DNA of 64,000 bases from Pristiophorus japonicus (taxonomy: Eukaryota). Under the pieces are notes generated by a model. The model worked only from the letters and a program-made list of their open reading frames with translations, was not told where the DNA came from and did no database searches. The DNA is taken from assembly GCF_044704955.1 (NCBI RefSeq), contig NC_091983.1:46934001-46998000 (forward strand), written 5' to 3'. Below are positions 1 to 12,695 of the stretch, in pieces (position 1 is the stretch's first letter; each line of letters begins with the position of its first letter). The translations under genes were made by a program, and so were the position numbers.

Positions 1-329
1 TACAGCATAGCCTGGAGCCAGATCTCTTCAGCAGCAGCTTATTTAAGTGCACTTCAGCTGAAGAATTCCCAACATTAACAGGGACGTACAACGTCTGTCC
101 CAGTCCTTCCCCCTCCAATAAACTACATGTACCCAAAAAACAATATTGTTTATAATGCCACCTGACATTGCAGGATCAGGAAACTCACTGATATAAAGAT
201 TTCAGAAAGGTTCATCCTTTACTGGCTTACACAATGCCTGCAAATTAATTAACACTCAAGTGTGAGCTGATAGTGCCTTTCCTAAGTAGTCTCTTGCCTA
301 TTTTAGTACTCAGCTGAGGTGTTCCCTCA

Positions 330-2210
330 GTGGCTCACAGTGCCAGGTGAAAACCTCCCGAGGCTCAGATGGGAGCTCTTGAAATTCTCGCTGTTGGTGA
401 CCTGTAGGAGTTGGGGCCTGAGAGGAGGCGGCTTCAGACTGCAGAAGCTTGCTGGCAGCTGGAGCAGTCTGTCCAAGCTGGCTTTTTGGCATCAGCGAAA
501 ACAGTGATTGAGGAGAGGACGAGGGTCCAGGCATGCTGCCATATTCAGACAGGGTAATAGGTTCCACTCCCATTGCACGATCCCTGCTTTTGGGTTGCAG
601 CTCAGCATTATTGCTGATATGCAGCAGAATAAATTGTAGGAAATCTGATATTTGATTGAAGCCTTGGCCTGTCCAAGGTGGCGGTGATGGTGGAGGCCAG
701 AGCCTTCATGAGCTTCCTTGAGCATTCCTATTCTTGGTGCTAAAGACTCCTGCAGGGAGGGTCTAGCTGCAGCATCCAGTCAGGTGACCACACATTCCAT
801 GGTTGACAGCAAAGTGTTGATACTGTTGTAGAACCTCACGCATGTTAGTAATGGACTCCTACACCATGTCCATTTTGCTGTAGCTCCCAGGCAGGCAGTC
901 CAATACATTCAGCAATTTTTGAGTCCCTAAAGTCTGCACCTCTGCCTTCTCCCGAGTTTTCCTTCTGAAGAGCCATGTCCTAGGTTGTGTTTTCCATTTT
1001 CATCTGCTCCTGCCCACTTGTACTCTGTAAATCATCCTGTGCAGACTCCTCTAACTCACTATCTATACCACCTAGTGTTTGGAAAGGTATGAGCGAATGA
1101 TGGTGCATCTTTGGGAGTGTTGTCCCCTTCTGTCTACACAGCTGCAGGGTCCAATTCATCTGAAGGACCTAAAAGGAGGGCCGAGGGGAAGGGTTAACAT
1201 GGAATGGCAAGGGTAAGCAGTAGCTGGTGAATGGCAGTGCAATGCAATGGGAGTACCTTCATTGCCCTGGCTGAGCGGTTCAAGAAGGCAGCTCACTGCC
1301 ATCTTCTCAAGGACAATTAGGGATGGCAATCAATGCTGGCCTTGCCAGCAATGACCAATTCCAAGGAATGAATTAAAAAAAATGCAGCCTCAGGTTGAGA
1401 TACTCTGTGTATCAGTTAGACAGTTAAGTGGAATGGGAAAAGGCCTCCAGTCTCAACATCACCAATGCTGTGTGTCCTCTCTTTGCCATTGACATCGATA
1501 TTGGAGTCCTGATCTTGCACTCTCCCTCCCATTGTGTGCCATCGTCTCCTACAAGAAGAGTGGAATTGCACTAATGTGTGCTCTGTTTAAGGGTTGTGAA
1601 ATGAGTGAGTCAGTTTAGCACAGTGTGCATGCTGAGAGGAATAAGCAGCAAGTATGAGCAAGAGGGAAACTTAGTTGTGAGGGCAGAAGCTGCTGTTGAG
1701 AATGTGAGTTCAAGTAGAAGGAGGTATAGTGAAGTGTCTAATTATGATTGCAAGAAAGGCTTGTGAGACATACCAGGGAAGGATTGATAGTGATGGGACT
1801 AAAGTAGGGCATTGTAGAGCTGTGCAGAGAGTAAGAGAGATTGGTGAGGTTGTTAAATTGCATTCAAGTCCTGTAGCTAAAATCTGTTGTTTCAAGACTA
1901 TGTAGAGAGCAGCGAAGAGGAAATTTACATTGGCAAGTCTGATGAGGTAATTAAAAGTCTTCCTTCACTGCAGTCAGGGCCTTGTAACTATGCTGCTGAC
2001 ATTGACCTCTTCAGCCACCTCTCCCCGCTGCTGCTAGCTCATTTTTTCTGGGCACCCTTTGCAATAGGATCTCATTCCTGGGCCTTACTTGTTCCACAAG
2101 GAGCTACACTGCAGTATCTATTTTTGTGATCAGGCATTCCTCATTCTGCCTGCTGTCTCAGTAACACGTTATCCGCTCAACACCACTGAAAATGCACCTC
2201 CCCTTTAAGA
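330..2210 (-). pseudogene. Highly decayed Harbinger-type Myb/SANT gene remnant
   Basis: Minus strand ~2020-1930 reads EVAEEVNVSSIVTRP*LQ*RKTFNYLIRLAN, matching the Myb exon-1 motif of the other Harbingers here. An exon-2-like ETMAHNG follows an AG near 1550. Many stops. Confidence 0.5.
1274..1382 (+). mobile_element. 3' tail fragment of RTEX-like LINE/SINE
   Basis: Same tail (CAATTAGGGATGG..CAAT.AATGCTGGCCTTGCCAGC..poly-A) as at 7076-7200 (minus) and 10730-10825. Confidence 0.6.
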
Positions 2211-2459
2211 GCTGCTGGGAGTTAAGAAGTGGCAAGCCTAAAAGATTTTCTGTCTTCCCAAACAGCGAGCTGCCTATATGCAGTACAATCAGTGCTCCAG
2301 AATTTAAATGAGGCCTGATCACAAAAATCGATTGGGCCCCCTGCCAACATCATCAGGCAGGGACGGCAGGATGCCTCATTCAGTGAGAACCCTAGCTGTG
2401 CCACCTTGTTGCTATACAATAGATTGTCAGCCATTTCTATTGAGGTTGCATGTTCCTTT

Positions 2460-2670
2460 TGTTGTGTTCCTAACACAGATGAGACTACACACAGGGAGGT
2501 TACAGTAACAGTGACCTCAGTCTTTATTAAGACACTCCAGAGTGAGGAACAGGCCTTAGGGGTCGGCTTATATACAGTGCTCCCAAGGGAAGCTGGGATC
2601 CCTTGGGACTTCAGGGAATTCACTCCCTGGTGGCGGAACATGGGAGTGCGTGCTTTACAAATACAGAACA
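2460..2670 (-). mobile_element. Solo LTR of Gypsy family A (211 bp)
   Basis: TG...CA ends, 5-bp TSD CCTTT (2455-2459 and 2671-2675). Same length as, and highly similar to, the LTRs at 12422-12632 and 16672-16882. Confidence 0.95.
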
Positions 2671-3066
2671 CCTTTTGTTTCGTATTCTGAAGCAGGTCTC
2701 AGTTCTTTGAGCACGGTTTCTGGTGCTGACAAACAAAACTTCTAATGGACCAGAAGTTCAATTACAATTTATATTAATATGAACATTGGAATGAAATCAT
2801 TGCGATGTATTTAAGTGGCTCCTGATCAAAAAATTGTTGCACATATTTATACTTCCAATGATAGGAAAAGTACACCCTCAAAAGTGTTGCTGATATGAAG
2901 GAATACAGCTTATTTCATGGCCGTTTAGAATGGCAGGCGTTAGCCACACAAATTGCCAACAGTGTTGCATCTTCCCACCACCTCCCTACGCCCATGTTTT
3001 GCCCACAATTATAGATCTGGGACCAGCCATCATTCAATTTTTGATTATGCTGCGGAAATGCTGCTG

Positions 3067-4290
3067 CAACAACAACAACAACAAATTATATTTATATAGT
3101 GACTTTAATGTTGTAAAACATTCCAAGGCACTTCACAGGAACGTTGACCCCGAAATGAGCTTTCGACCACATATCTGCACCATAACTAAGACCGCATATT
3201 TTCACCTCCGTACCATCGCCCATCTTTGTCCTTGCCTCAGCTCATCCGTTGCTGAAGCCCTCACCCATGCCTTTGTTGACTATTCCAACGCACTCCTAGC
3301 CGTACTCCCACAATCTACCCTAGGTAAACTAGAGGTGATCCAAAACTCGGCTGCCCATGTCCTAACTCGCAGGAAGTCCCGCTCACCCATTACCCCTGTG
3401 CTCACTGACCTACATTGGCTTCCAGTTAAGCAACGCCTTAATTTCAAAATTCTCATCCTTATTTTCAAATCCCTCTATGGCCTCGCCCCTTCCTATCTCT
3501 GTAATCTCCTCCAGCCCCACATCCCCTGAGATGTCTGCGCTCCTCTAATTCTGCCCTCCTGAGCATGCCTGATTATAATCTCGCAATTATTGGTGGCTGT
3601 GCCTTCTGTTGCTTATGTCCCAAGCTCTGGAACTCCCTCACTAAACCTCTCCTCCTCTCCACCACTCTTTCCTTCTTCAAGACGCTCCTTAAAACCTACC
3701 TCTTTGACCAAGCGTTTGGTCACCTGTGCTAATTTCTACTTATGTGGCTCGGTGTCAAATTTCTTGTCTCATAATACTCCTGTGAAGTGCCTTGGAATGT
3801 TTCACTATGTTAAAGGTGCTATATAAATACAAGTTGTTGTTGTTATTATTAATAAACAAAATTTGACACCGAGCTACATAAGGATTGGTCAAAGAGGTAG
3901 GTTTTATGGTGCATCTTAAAGGAGGAGAGAGAGGTAGTGAGGTGGAGTGGTTTAAGGAGAGAATTCCAGAGCTTGGGGCCCAGGCAGCTGAAGGCATGGC
4001 CGCTAATCGTAGAGCAATTAAAATCAGGGATGTGCAAGAGACCAAATTAGAGGAGCGCAGAGATCTTGGAGAGTTGCAGGGCTGAAAGAGGTTACAGAGA
4101 TAGGGAGGGGAGAGGCAACAGAGGGATTTGAAAACAAGGATAAGAATTTTAACATTGAGATATTGACGGACCGTGAGCCACTGTAAGTCAGTGAGCACAG
4201 CGGTAATGGGTGAACGGGACTTGTTGCGAGTTAGGATACGGGCTGCAGAGTTTTGGACGAGGTCAAGTTTACGGCAGGTGCAAGGTGGTG
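3067..4290 (-). mobile_element. L2 LINE 3' fragment split by the plus-strand L2 (tail 3067-3140, body 3851-4290)
   Basis: Body encodes LVQNSAARILTRNKSRSPITAVLTDLQWL. Joining 3067-3140 to 3851 onward reproduces the continuous L2 end seen at 11275-11400 and 63530-63660. Confidence 0.8.
3142..3844 (+). mobile_element. L2 LINE 3' fragment
   Basis: Encodes TAYFHLRTIAHLCPCL...DYSNALL...IQNSAAHVLT...ITPVLTDLHWLPV (L2 ORF2 C-terminus). Tail GCTATATAAATACAAGTTGTTGTT. Confidence 0.9.
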
Positions 4291-7075
4291 CAATGTGCAA
4301 ACAGTCAAGGAAAGTATGAAGAGTGGGTGATAATAATAGTCTCCTTACTTTTCTCTTAAAACTTGAACAACTGTGCTCGTTATTCACTGCAATTACCTGT
4401 ATTATACCCATTAAGTAAAGAATAGCAAGGAAAATGAAAAGTATTCCATGCTATTGGATATCTCTTTCAAAGGGCACAGGAATTGCATAGAATTACATAG
4501 AATGAACAGGCCATTCAGCCCAACCATTTCATGCCAGCATTACTGCTCCACCCGAGCCTCTTTCCATAACTCTATCAGCATAACCCTCTATTCCCTTCTC
4601 CCCCACATCCGCCCCTTAAATGCAGCTATACTATTCGCCTCAACCATTCCCTGTGGAAGCGAGTGATGGGCCACATGGCCTGTTTTTGTGCTGTAAGATT
4701 CTACTTAGCATTAAAAGTCTTCCAATGAGGACAGAATTCCATCATGAGTCACAATCTGAATCTAAAACATTTTCTTGGAAGATTTATTCAAAATGGATCT
4801 GACAAAATCTATTGTAGTAACAGAAGAATTACAGAGCTTGAAGATATTTCAGAGATTGAATATGCCAATCAATATCAGGGAGCATCATCAATAGAATCTG
4901 GAATTTCATTCCATTCATGAAATGCCCAAATCATAGCTGATTGTCTACAGGGGTTACATACTGGCACAATACTCATACCTTGATACATCAGAGAACATTC
5001 TGATACTCCTCAGTGTTTAGAAACTAATGTGTCTATAATTGAATCTTAATAATTGCATAACAATTTTGTCAGAAAATGTTAGACAAGATTTTCTTTATAA
5101 TGGGAAGGAAGTGTAAAGAAGCATTTTTAAATTCTATACATGGATCTGAATTATACTTAGCTCAGATATGAATCTATTCCCATTCTAGTTTTCCTGTACA
5201 TTTTTGTATATACACAATGATAAAATATGGAAATCATTTTCAAACCACTTTTCTTGGCATGTTCCGTTAGATAGATAACAGCATTTCATTTATATTACTG
5301 TTTCTCTATTATGTTTTTTCCTCAGTTTCATTCTGTGCAGTCCTTTCTGTCTTGATAACATGCAGTATAGTAAATGTGCTGGAGTGTAGATTTGAAGTCA
5401 GGCTTATGATACTGGAATGCCTGAATTTCTCAAGTCATAGCCAACCGATGGAGGTTATATGGTGGGACAGGCCTTCTTTGAGTGAAGTTGCAGAATAGAT
5501 CTCTATCCCAGAGAAAATCATTTTTTATATATTACTAACTTAAAACCTCTAGCTTTTATCACATTTCTACAAATATTTACAGGAAAAATAAGTCAAGTAG
5601 CTAGAAATTAAAATAAAAGTACAACGGAGGTAATTCTGACTTTGAGTAATAGCGTAAAATGGCCGATTTCGGATCACCCACCTGTTATACATTGCTTCCG
5701 ATTTCCCTTTCCATTGAAGTCTGGGATGGTGCATTTCTTGATATGATAAAGTGAATTGATTTACAAGATTGTGAACTTAAAATCAATACTCACGAACAAT
5801 TGAAAGTTTGGTAAAAGTTGTAAAATTCAAAATAAAACTCGTGTTTCCTATGGGACGTATGGGACCAGAACTATAAGAATCAATAGTTCAATCTGTTTTT
5901 GTACCTCACCTTGCAAGCCCTGGTGAATTGTGATATTCACACAATTATACAGACTTCCATAACATGTTTCCCTTGCTGTTATTACCTAGAATTACATAGA
6001 ATTTACAGCACAAAAACAGGCCATTCAGCCCAACTAGTCCATGCCGGTGTTTATACTGCACACGACCCTCCTCCCACCCCTCTTCCTCAAACCCTATCAG
6101 TGTATCGAATTATATAATATCAGCATATCTTTTTCTCCCCAGCCCGGTTTGGACAAGAGTGCAGGACACATGGATAGAAATGTTTGGGAGGCTCTTTTGA
6201 TGGCTCGGTGTTGGTGAAATTGGTCTTGGGCTGGAAGTCAAATGAAAAGAATATCAGCAGTGTGTAAAAGGGGCAATAGCGAATCGGCAGTCCATCTTAC
6301 GATCCCGCCCCAGACCAATCTTGCCCCCAGTGAGTTTATTCAACAGCTGAGCCATACAGACCAGGAAGCTTCCCCGTTCAATGAGTTAGCTGATCGGATT
6401 TGTGGCTCCAGTAGAGTTGCTACTGATCAGCAAATCTGGCTTAAAGAACAAAAATTAAATTGGCCAAGGTTCCAACCAACACCCACTGTCACGCATGAAT
6501 AATAGTCGCATAGGAAAGGTACCCTAGTACCCATGGAAAACCCAGCACAGTACCGAGCATTTATGCTTCCTGAGAAAGAGCAAGAAAGAGATACAGAGAA
6601 TGGGACGGGGAATTTTAATAAATTACATATTCACTCAATTCCTACTCAGTTCCGATTTAAAAATGCCTGATTTTCAATCGTTTGTTGTGCCTCCTTAAGT
6701 CAGTCAAGAACCTGAAACATGTCTGAAAATTGGGGTCCTATTATGTCAATAGGATATGACAATGTCTTAACCTGGCAGCTGTAACAGCTACAACCAGGTC
6801 TGAAAACTGAAGGGGCCTTTCCTGAAAAGTTAATATTTTCTCTTAAAAGTACAGGACTGTGCTGCCCAGACTCCCTCACAGCCCCCTTCCCGAACCACTG
6901 ACCTCCTTAGAACCTCCATTAGGCTGCTTTCCCGCTCGGGAGTTAATATACTCCACCCCCCAAGGGCTTGATTGTAATTTGGGGTAACCTAGTTAAGCTT
7001 AACTGAACTGTTCCTTGTTATTAAAACTGCTGTTCCCAGGTGTTACTAGTTACAATACCAACATCTCTGATAAGG

Positions 7076-7835
7076 TTTTTTTTATTCGTTCATAGGATGT
7101 GGGAATTTCTGACAAGGCCAGCATTTATTGGCCATCCCTAATTGCTCTTGAGAAGGTGGTGGTGAGCTGTCTTCTTGAACTGCTGCAGTTCATGTGGTGA
7201 AGGTACACCCATATTGTGTTAGGGAGGGAGTTCCAGGATTTTGACCCAGCGACGATGAAGAAACAGCGATATATCTCCAAGTCAGGATGGTGTGTGACTT
7301 GGAGGGAAACTTGGAGATGATGGTGTTCTCATGCGCCTGCTGCCCTTTGTCCTTCTAGTTCGTAGAGGTTGCAGATTTGGGAGGTGCTGTCGAAGAAGCC
7401 TTGGTGAGTTGCTGTAGTGCATCTTGTAGATGGCACACACTGCAGCCATGGAACGCCAGTGGTGGAGGGAGGGTTTAATGTGGTGGATGGGGTGCCAATC
7501 AAGCAGCCTGCTTTGTCCTGAATGGTGTGAAGCTTCTTGCGTGTCATTGGAGCTGCACTCATCCAGGCAAGCGGAGAGTATTCCATCACACTCCTGACTT
7601 GTGCCTTATGGATGAGGAGTCGTGAGGTGAGAAACTCGCCACAGTATACCCAGCCTCTGACCTGCTCTTGACGCCACAGTATTTATCTAGCTGGTCAAGT
7701 TGTGATTCTGGTAAATGGTGAGCCCCAGATGTTGATGGTGGGAGATTCACTGATAGTAATGCCGTTGAATGTCAAGAGGGACTCTTTAGACTTGGTCTTG
7801 TTGGAGATAATCGTTGCCTGGCACTTTTGTGGCAT
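7076..7835 (-). mobile_element. RTEX-like LINE 3' fragment
   Basis: Encodes MEYSPLAWMSAAPMTRKKLHTIQDKAGCLIGTPS and MPQKCQATIISNK...ESPTINI, with a poly-A tail at ~7076. Clade assignment is from recalled motif. Confidence 0.65.
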
Positions 7836-9989
7836 GAAGGTACTTGAAACGCTGGCTGTACTTAAAGTAGATAAGTCACCAGGGCCAGATGGGATGCGTA
7901 TTCGGATACTGAGGGAGGAAAGGGTGGAAAGTGCAGAGGTAATAGTCATAAACTTCTAATCCTCCTTAGATACATGGGTGGTGCCAGAGGTGCAGGGCGC
8001 TACCGGTTACCACTGCCACTAATCTCCTGCAGAATTTAGTGGGAGTTGTTAGCAGTGCCGCGCAGGGCGAAAAGTTGTTTGCGCTCCATTAGTGCCTCCC
8101 CGGGAGGTGCAAACAACTGAAATTTCTAGGCCATTTACCGTTTCAAATCAACAACATTTTATGCAATCCAGGACATAAACACATTGTAAGGTCCTACAGC
8201 AGGGTTGAGGAGGACAGAAATAACGTTACAAAATGTTCTATAAATGTTTATTGTGGATAGAACAATGAACACCTGTGGCCTAGTGTTTTTCACTCAATGA
8301 AACATTGTATATCTAGAAGTTCAATTTGGGATGGATTAGGATTGCAACTCATTCTTCTGAATTAAAATATGTATTAGCAGATCTATTTGTGTGAGAGATA
8401 GTTTTTATTTGGATACATCATGTACCACCATATGAACTCTTCCACTTCAGAAAGCAGTAGAATAAACCATTCTATATAGAACAAACGATGGAGAATGAAA
8501 TAGGGTACATAAGAGTCAAATTAGAGACAGAAAGTGAATTTAGCAGAGGGAAAGAAAGAAAGTGGAATAAGAGAGAGGAAAAAAATATATAATGGAAAAG
8601 TAAGAAAAATATTTAAAAGAACAAGCAGTAGAAGACCCTAATAAATCTAGTTTGCCTTCTGCCGTTCTGGTGGTCGCATGATACAACAATAATACATTTG
8701 TTCACTAACGATAGCAATCAGTCTCTATCAATTAGTCTTCAACAGACCCAGTATGAGGCAAGGAAAACCCCAGTGGTGAAGAGCTTTGGGAGCCCTGGGT
8801 CTAAAGTTACCTTTTTCCTCCCAAACATGCTACACTCACCACGTCTCAAATACTCAATCCTAAAATCTTATTTACTGAAAGAAATCTATCAAATTTGAGT
8901 TTCTGAAATAACTTTGTATCCTGAAAATTATTGCCTTCCAACACGAACAGAAGTGTGGATGGCAAGGCTGGCACAAAAAAGTTTTTATAAACTTCTGGGA
9001 ACAATTTACTACCTGTTGGAGTGAGACTGCACAGATTCATTGTTTCCTTTCTGTGCCTTTAAGGTTGAGTGTCATGTCAGGACGAGTAATCACGTCATTA
9101 ACAGAGTCCTTTTGACGAAAATTACCAGCAATGAGATTAATTTGCATTAATGAAGTACATCCAGCAATTTCATCCCACGCAATGACCTTCAATGGGGAAG
9201 TTCACGGCAAGGCAGCAATTTGTTCAGTTTTGTCGAAGCTAACAGCAGCATGGTGCAAATCGTCCAGCAATCTGTGGAGAATTGGGCCTCATTGCTTATC
9301 TCTTCCTCGCCATGAATTGCTGGATGTTTTACGAACTAATAATGGCGAGTGCCGTTAACTCGCTATTATTTATCCAGTAACTTCTGGACCATAATCAACA
9401 TTCTGAAACAAAGGAAACAGAAGAGACAAAGTAGCATGACACGAGTTTCTGTGTGGTCTCTGAGCTCACAACAATGGCCTAGATATTGGGTCGGTATAGG
9501 TACCCACTGGTTTATAGAATTTGGAAACTGTCTAAGCTAAAAGCCTAAACACATAACACATTCTATATGTGTCTAGTGGTGATTTCCTTCAGGGAAATCT
9601 AGAGCTTGGAATTTATGAGTACACTTCCACTTTGGGTCTGTTCTCTTGTAATATGTCACAATGTCATGCAAGCAGTGAAGTAGTCTGCAAATGTTTAAGT
9701 TGAAGAAAGACATGCACTGTGACAGACTTATCCCAATTTCAGCTTATCATACATGTCAGTAAGTGAGCATGTGTCATGTAGTTAGGTTATGTTCTAATAT
9801 GGTTGTGTGAGGGTGCCAAGGCTTTTAGTTGTCAAGACTTGTGTCCTGCTTGGGTATGGATATATATATGAGAAGCAATGGAAGTGCTATAAGGTTGTGA
9901 GAGAGTTTGCTATGGGTCATCAACATGAAGGGATGACAGGAAGCACTTTGCAGGAGATACACTTGAGACACCTGCCTGATAACTTCCCC

Positions 9990-10277
9990 CCATCTCGACT
10001 CAGCTTTTGTTTCCTAACTTATGCCATTACTATCTCAATTTGGCCCATCATCCCTTTTGTCTCTCAAATCACTCCTGCCTCCCACCCTATCACAGACCTT
10101 CCCTTTTGTTCTTTCCTCCCCTCCCCTTTCAGGGCCCCTGCGCTTCCTTAAGCATCTGTTACATTTCAAACTTTTTGCCAGTTCTGACGAAGGGTCACAA
10201 ACCCGAAACTTTGACTCTGTTTCTCACCACAAATGCTGCCTGACCTGCTGAGATTTCCAGCATTTTCTGTTTTTATA
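9990..10277 (+). mobile_element. Penelope-type terminal repeat remnant with hammerhead-like core
   Basis: Pyrimidine-rich tract, then CTGACGA-AGGGTCACAAACCC-GAAAC, then GCTGCCTGACCTGCTGAG...CCAGCATTTTCTGTTTTTAT. Related to 62300-62468. Confidence 0.6.
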
Positions 10278-10396
10278 CCTGATAACTTATTTTAGTAACT
10301 CCCTGAAAATATGTCATTTCTTTTTGCAAGGGCTGTTTCCATGATTGTGTGCTATGGGTACAGTGGCTGATTTTCCATCCACTTAAATGAGTCGAT

Positions 10397-10825
10397 GCAG
10401 GGAGTACAGTAGTTTAATTGTCTGTTACTGGATTAGTAATCCAGAGGGCTGGACTAATAATCCAAAATAAGTTCAAATCCCACTGTGGCAATTTGAGAAT
10501 TTGAATTCATTTAAAAAAAAAACTGGAAATAAAAAGTTGGTATCAGTAAAAACCAATGCCCCTCAGGGAAGGAAACCTGCTGTCATTGCCCAGTTTGGCT
10601 TATATGTGACTTCAGTCCCACATCAACTTTGATGACATTTAATTGATTCCTGAAGTGGTATGACAAGCCACTTAGTTGTATCAAACTGCTGGACGCCTTC
10701 ATCGCATGAACTTCAGTGGTTTAGGAAGACAGCCCACCAGCACTTTCTCAGGGCAATTTGAGATGAGCAATAAATGCTTGCCTTTCCAGAGATGCCCACA
10801 TCCTGAGAATCCATAATAAAGAAAG
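10397..10825 (+). mobile_element. tRNA-headed SINE with RTEX-like tail
   Basis: B-box-like GTTCAAATCCC at ~10471. The 3' end matches the LINE tail at 7076-7200. Confidence 0.6.
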
Positions 10826-10829
10826 AATA

Positions 10830-10980
10830 ACATTGAGTCTAGCTGCGACCATCTGTCAGGCATGATGCATTGTTGTCTTTGGAGGAGGGTGCCCTGGATT
10901 GCCAAACAGGGCAACCCTCCTCAATTCCCCTCATGCAGCTGCATTTCCACTTGCTAGCCTTCAAATGGGGTTTGAGTGGT
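10830..10980 (-). pseudogene. Short Myb/SANT exon-1-like remnant of another Harbinger
   Basis: Minus strand reads VALFGNPGHPPPKTTMHHA*QMVAARLNV, resembling the LFG...W..(I/V)A..VN segment of Harbinger Myb domains. Confidence 0.35.
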
Positions 10981-11274
10981 ATGAAAAGAGGCATTGGTCA
11001 TGTATAATGCTTTAAATGACGCCTCATTGAATAGTCTCCAAATAAGATTGTGTCATGCTTGACTGGCCTTAGAAGAAATATGAGCAAAAGTGAGGTGCAC
11101 ACATTACTTCACCTTTCCCCTGAGACCAGCAAACATCATCATCCTTTGCAACAAGGTATGTGAGACCAAGTGACTGCACGGACTCAGTCAGAAACCTCCC
11201 TCCATATGCCTTGCACCTTTATTTTAGGCAAGGATTCTACTATGAGAATTATCACTGATATTCTTTTATCAAGG

Positions 11275-11901
11275 ACAACAACTTGTACTTATATAGCACC
11301 TTTAACGTAGTAAAGCGTCCCAAGGCGCTTCACAGGAGTATAAGACAAAGAATTTGACACTGAGCCACATAAGGAGAAATTAGGGCAGGTGACCAAAAGC
11401 TTGGTCTAAGGTTTCAACGACCGTCTTAGAGGTAGAGAGTTGGAGAAGTTTAGGCAAGGAATTCCAGAGCTTGGGGCCCAGGCAGCTGAACCAATGGTTG
11501 AGCGATTCTAATCAGGGATGCTCAAGAGGGCAGTATTAGAGAAGTGCAGAGGTTGTGGGGCTGAAGGGGATTACAGAGATAGGGAGGGGCAAGGCCATGG
11601 ATGGATTCGAAAACATAGGTGAAATTTTGGTGTTGCTTAACCGCAAGCCAATGTAGGTCAGCGAGCACATGGGTGATGGGTGAATGGGACTTGGTGCGAG
11701 TTAGAGCACGGGAAGCCGAGTTTGAGATGAACTCTAGTTTACATAGGGTAGAATGTGGGAGCCAGCCAGGAATGCGTTGGAATAGTCAAATTTAAAGGTA
11801 AGAAAGACATGGTTGAGGGTGTCAACAGCGGATGAGCTGAGGCAAGGGTGGAGATGGGCGAAGTTACGGTGGTTGAAATAGGCAGTCATAGTTATGCTGT
11901 G
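11275..11901 (-). mobile_element. L2 LINE 3' fragment
   Basis: Encodes TAYFNHRNFAHLHPCLSSSAVDTLNHVFLTFKFDYSNAFLAG. L2 tail at 11275. Confidence 0.9.
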
Positions 11902-12695
11902 GACACCAACATCTTGGTTGTTCATGCTTGCAAACATTGCACCACCATGCCTACGCCGCAAATATGCATCTCCAGAGAATACAACCATTAAACCAGCAAA
12001 GACATGCTGACCCAGGCCGACTTGAACAACCTACCACCAACCCGTTTCAAATTTTGAACAGCATTTTGTACCGTCGCTGAAGCCTTCAGTGATTTTGCCA
12101 CTGTCTTGCTGACCGATGGCGAAATTCTTTGGAAGATCTGTGACACATGGAACGGATTCCTGATAGAGGACCCCACGGTACAAGCTGAAGGATCAAACCT
12201 TCCTCACAAACAGTGGCCAAACATCAACCACTTCAGAACTGGTCATGGTAGATGCTGCCAACTTCTCCAGAGGTAGAAGATTAAAGCATCCCCATCAGAC
12301 AACTGTGGAGCTCCTAATCGGACCCGGGAGCACATTACTGCGCACTGCCCTCAGAGAAAATTCACAGGCAGCCTACAAGATATCTACGCTGTTATACTTT
12401 ACAACTTTGGCCTGGATATCTTATTGTGTTCCGAACACAGATGAGGCTGCACACAGGGAGATTAAAGTAACTGTGACCTCAGTCTTTAATAAGACACTCC
12501 AGAGTGAGGAACAGGCCTTAGGGGCTGGCTTATATACAGTGCTCCCAATGGATGCTGAGATTCCTTGGGACTTCAGGGGATTCGCTCCCTGGTGGCAGAA
12601 CATGGGAGTGCATGCTTTACACATACACAACATCACTCCCCCAACAAAGTCAAATTGAAAACTATTTACAAGGTGAGGCGGTCGGGAGCCTTTCT

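Noticed and set aside
2222-2690. Recurrent ORFs containing VTVTSV..KTLQSEEQALG (also at 12245 and 16642)
   Set aside because: Translations of the repeated LTR, not a protein family.
5895-5990. Minus-strand exon ending at a GTGAGG donor
   Set aside because: The acceptor comes from an adjacent repeat tail and the peptide is unrecognised.
7990-9390. Further MITE-like fragments (also 5628-5720, 6136-6330, 38090-38520, 62510-63030)
   Set aside because: Single TIR-like ends only; I could not establish paired termini or TSDs.
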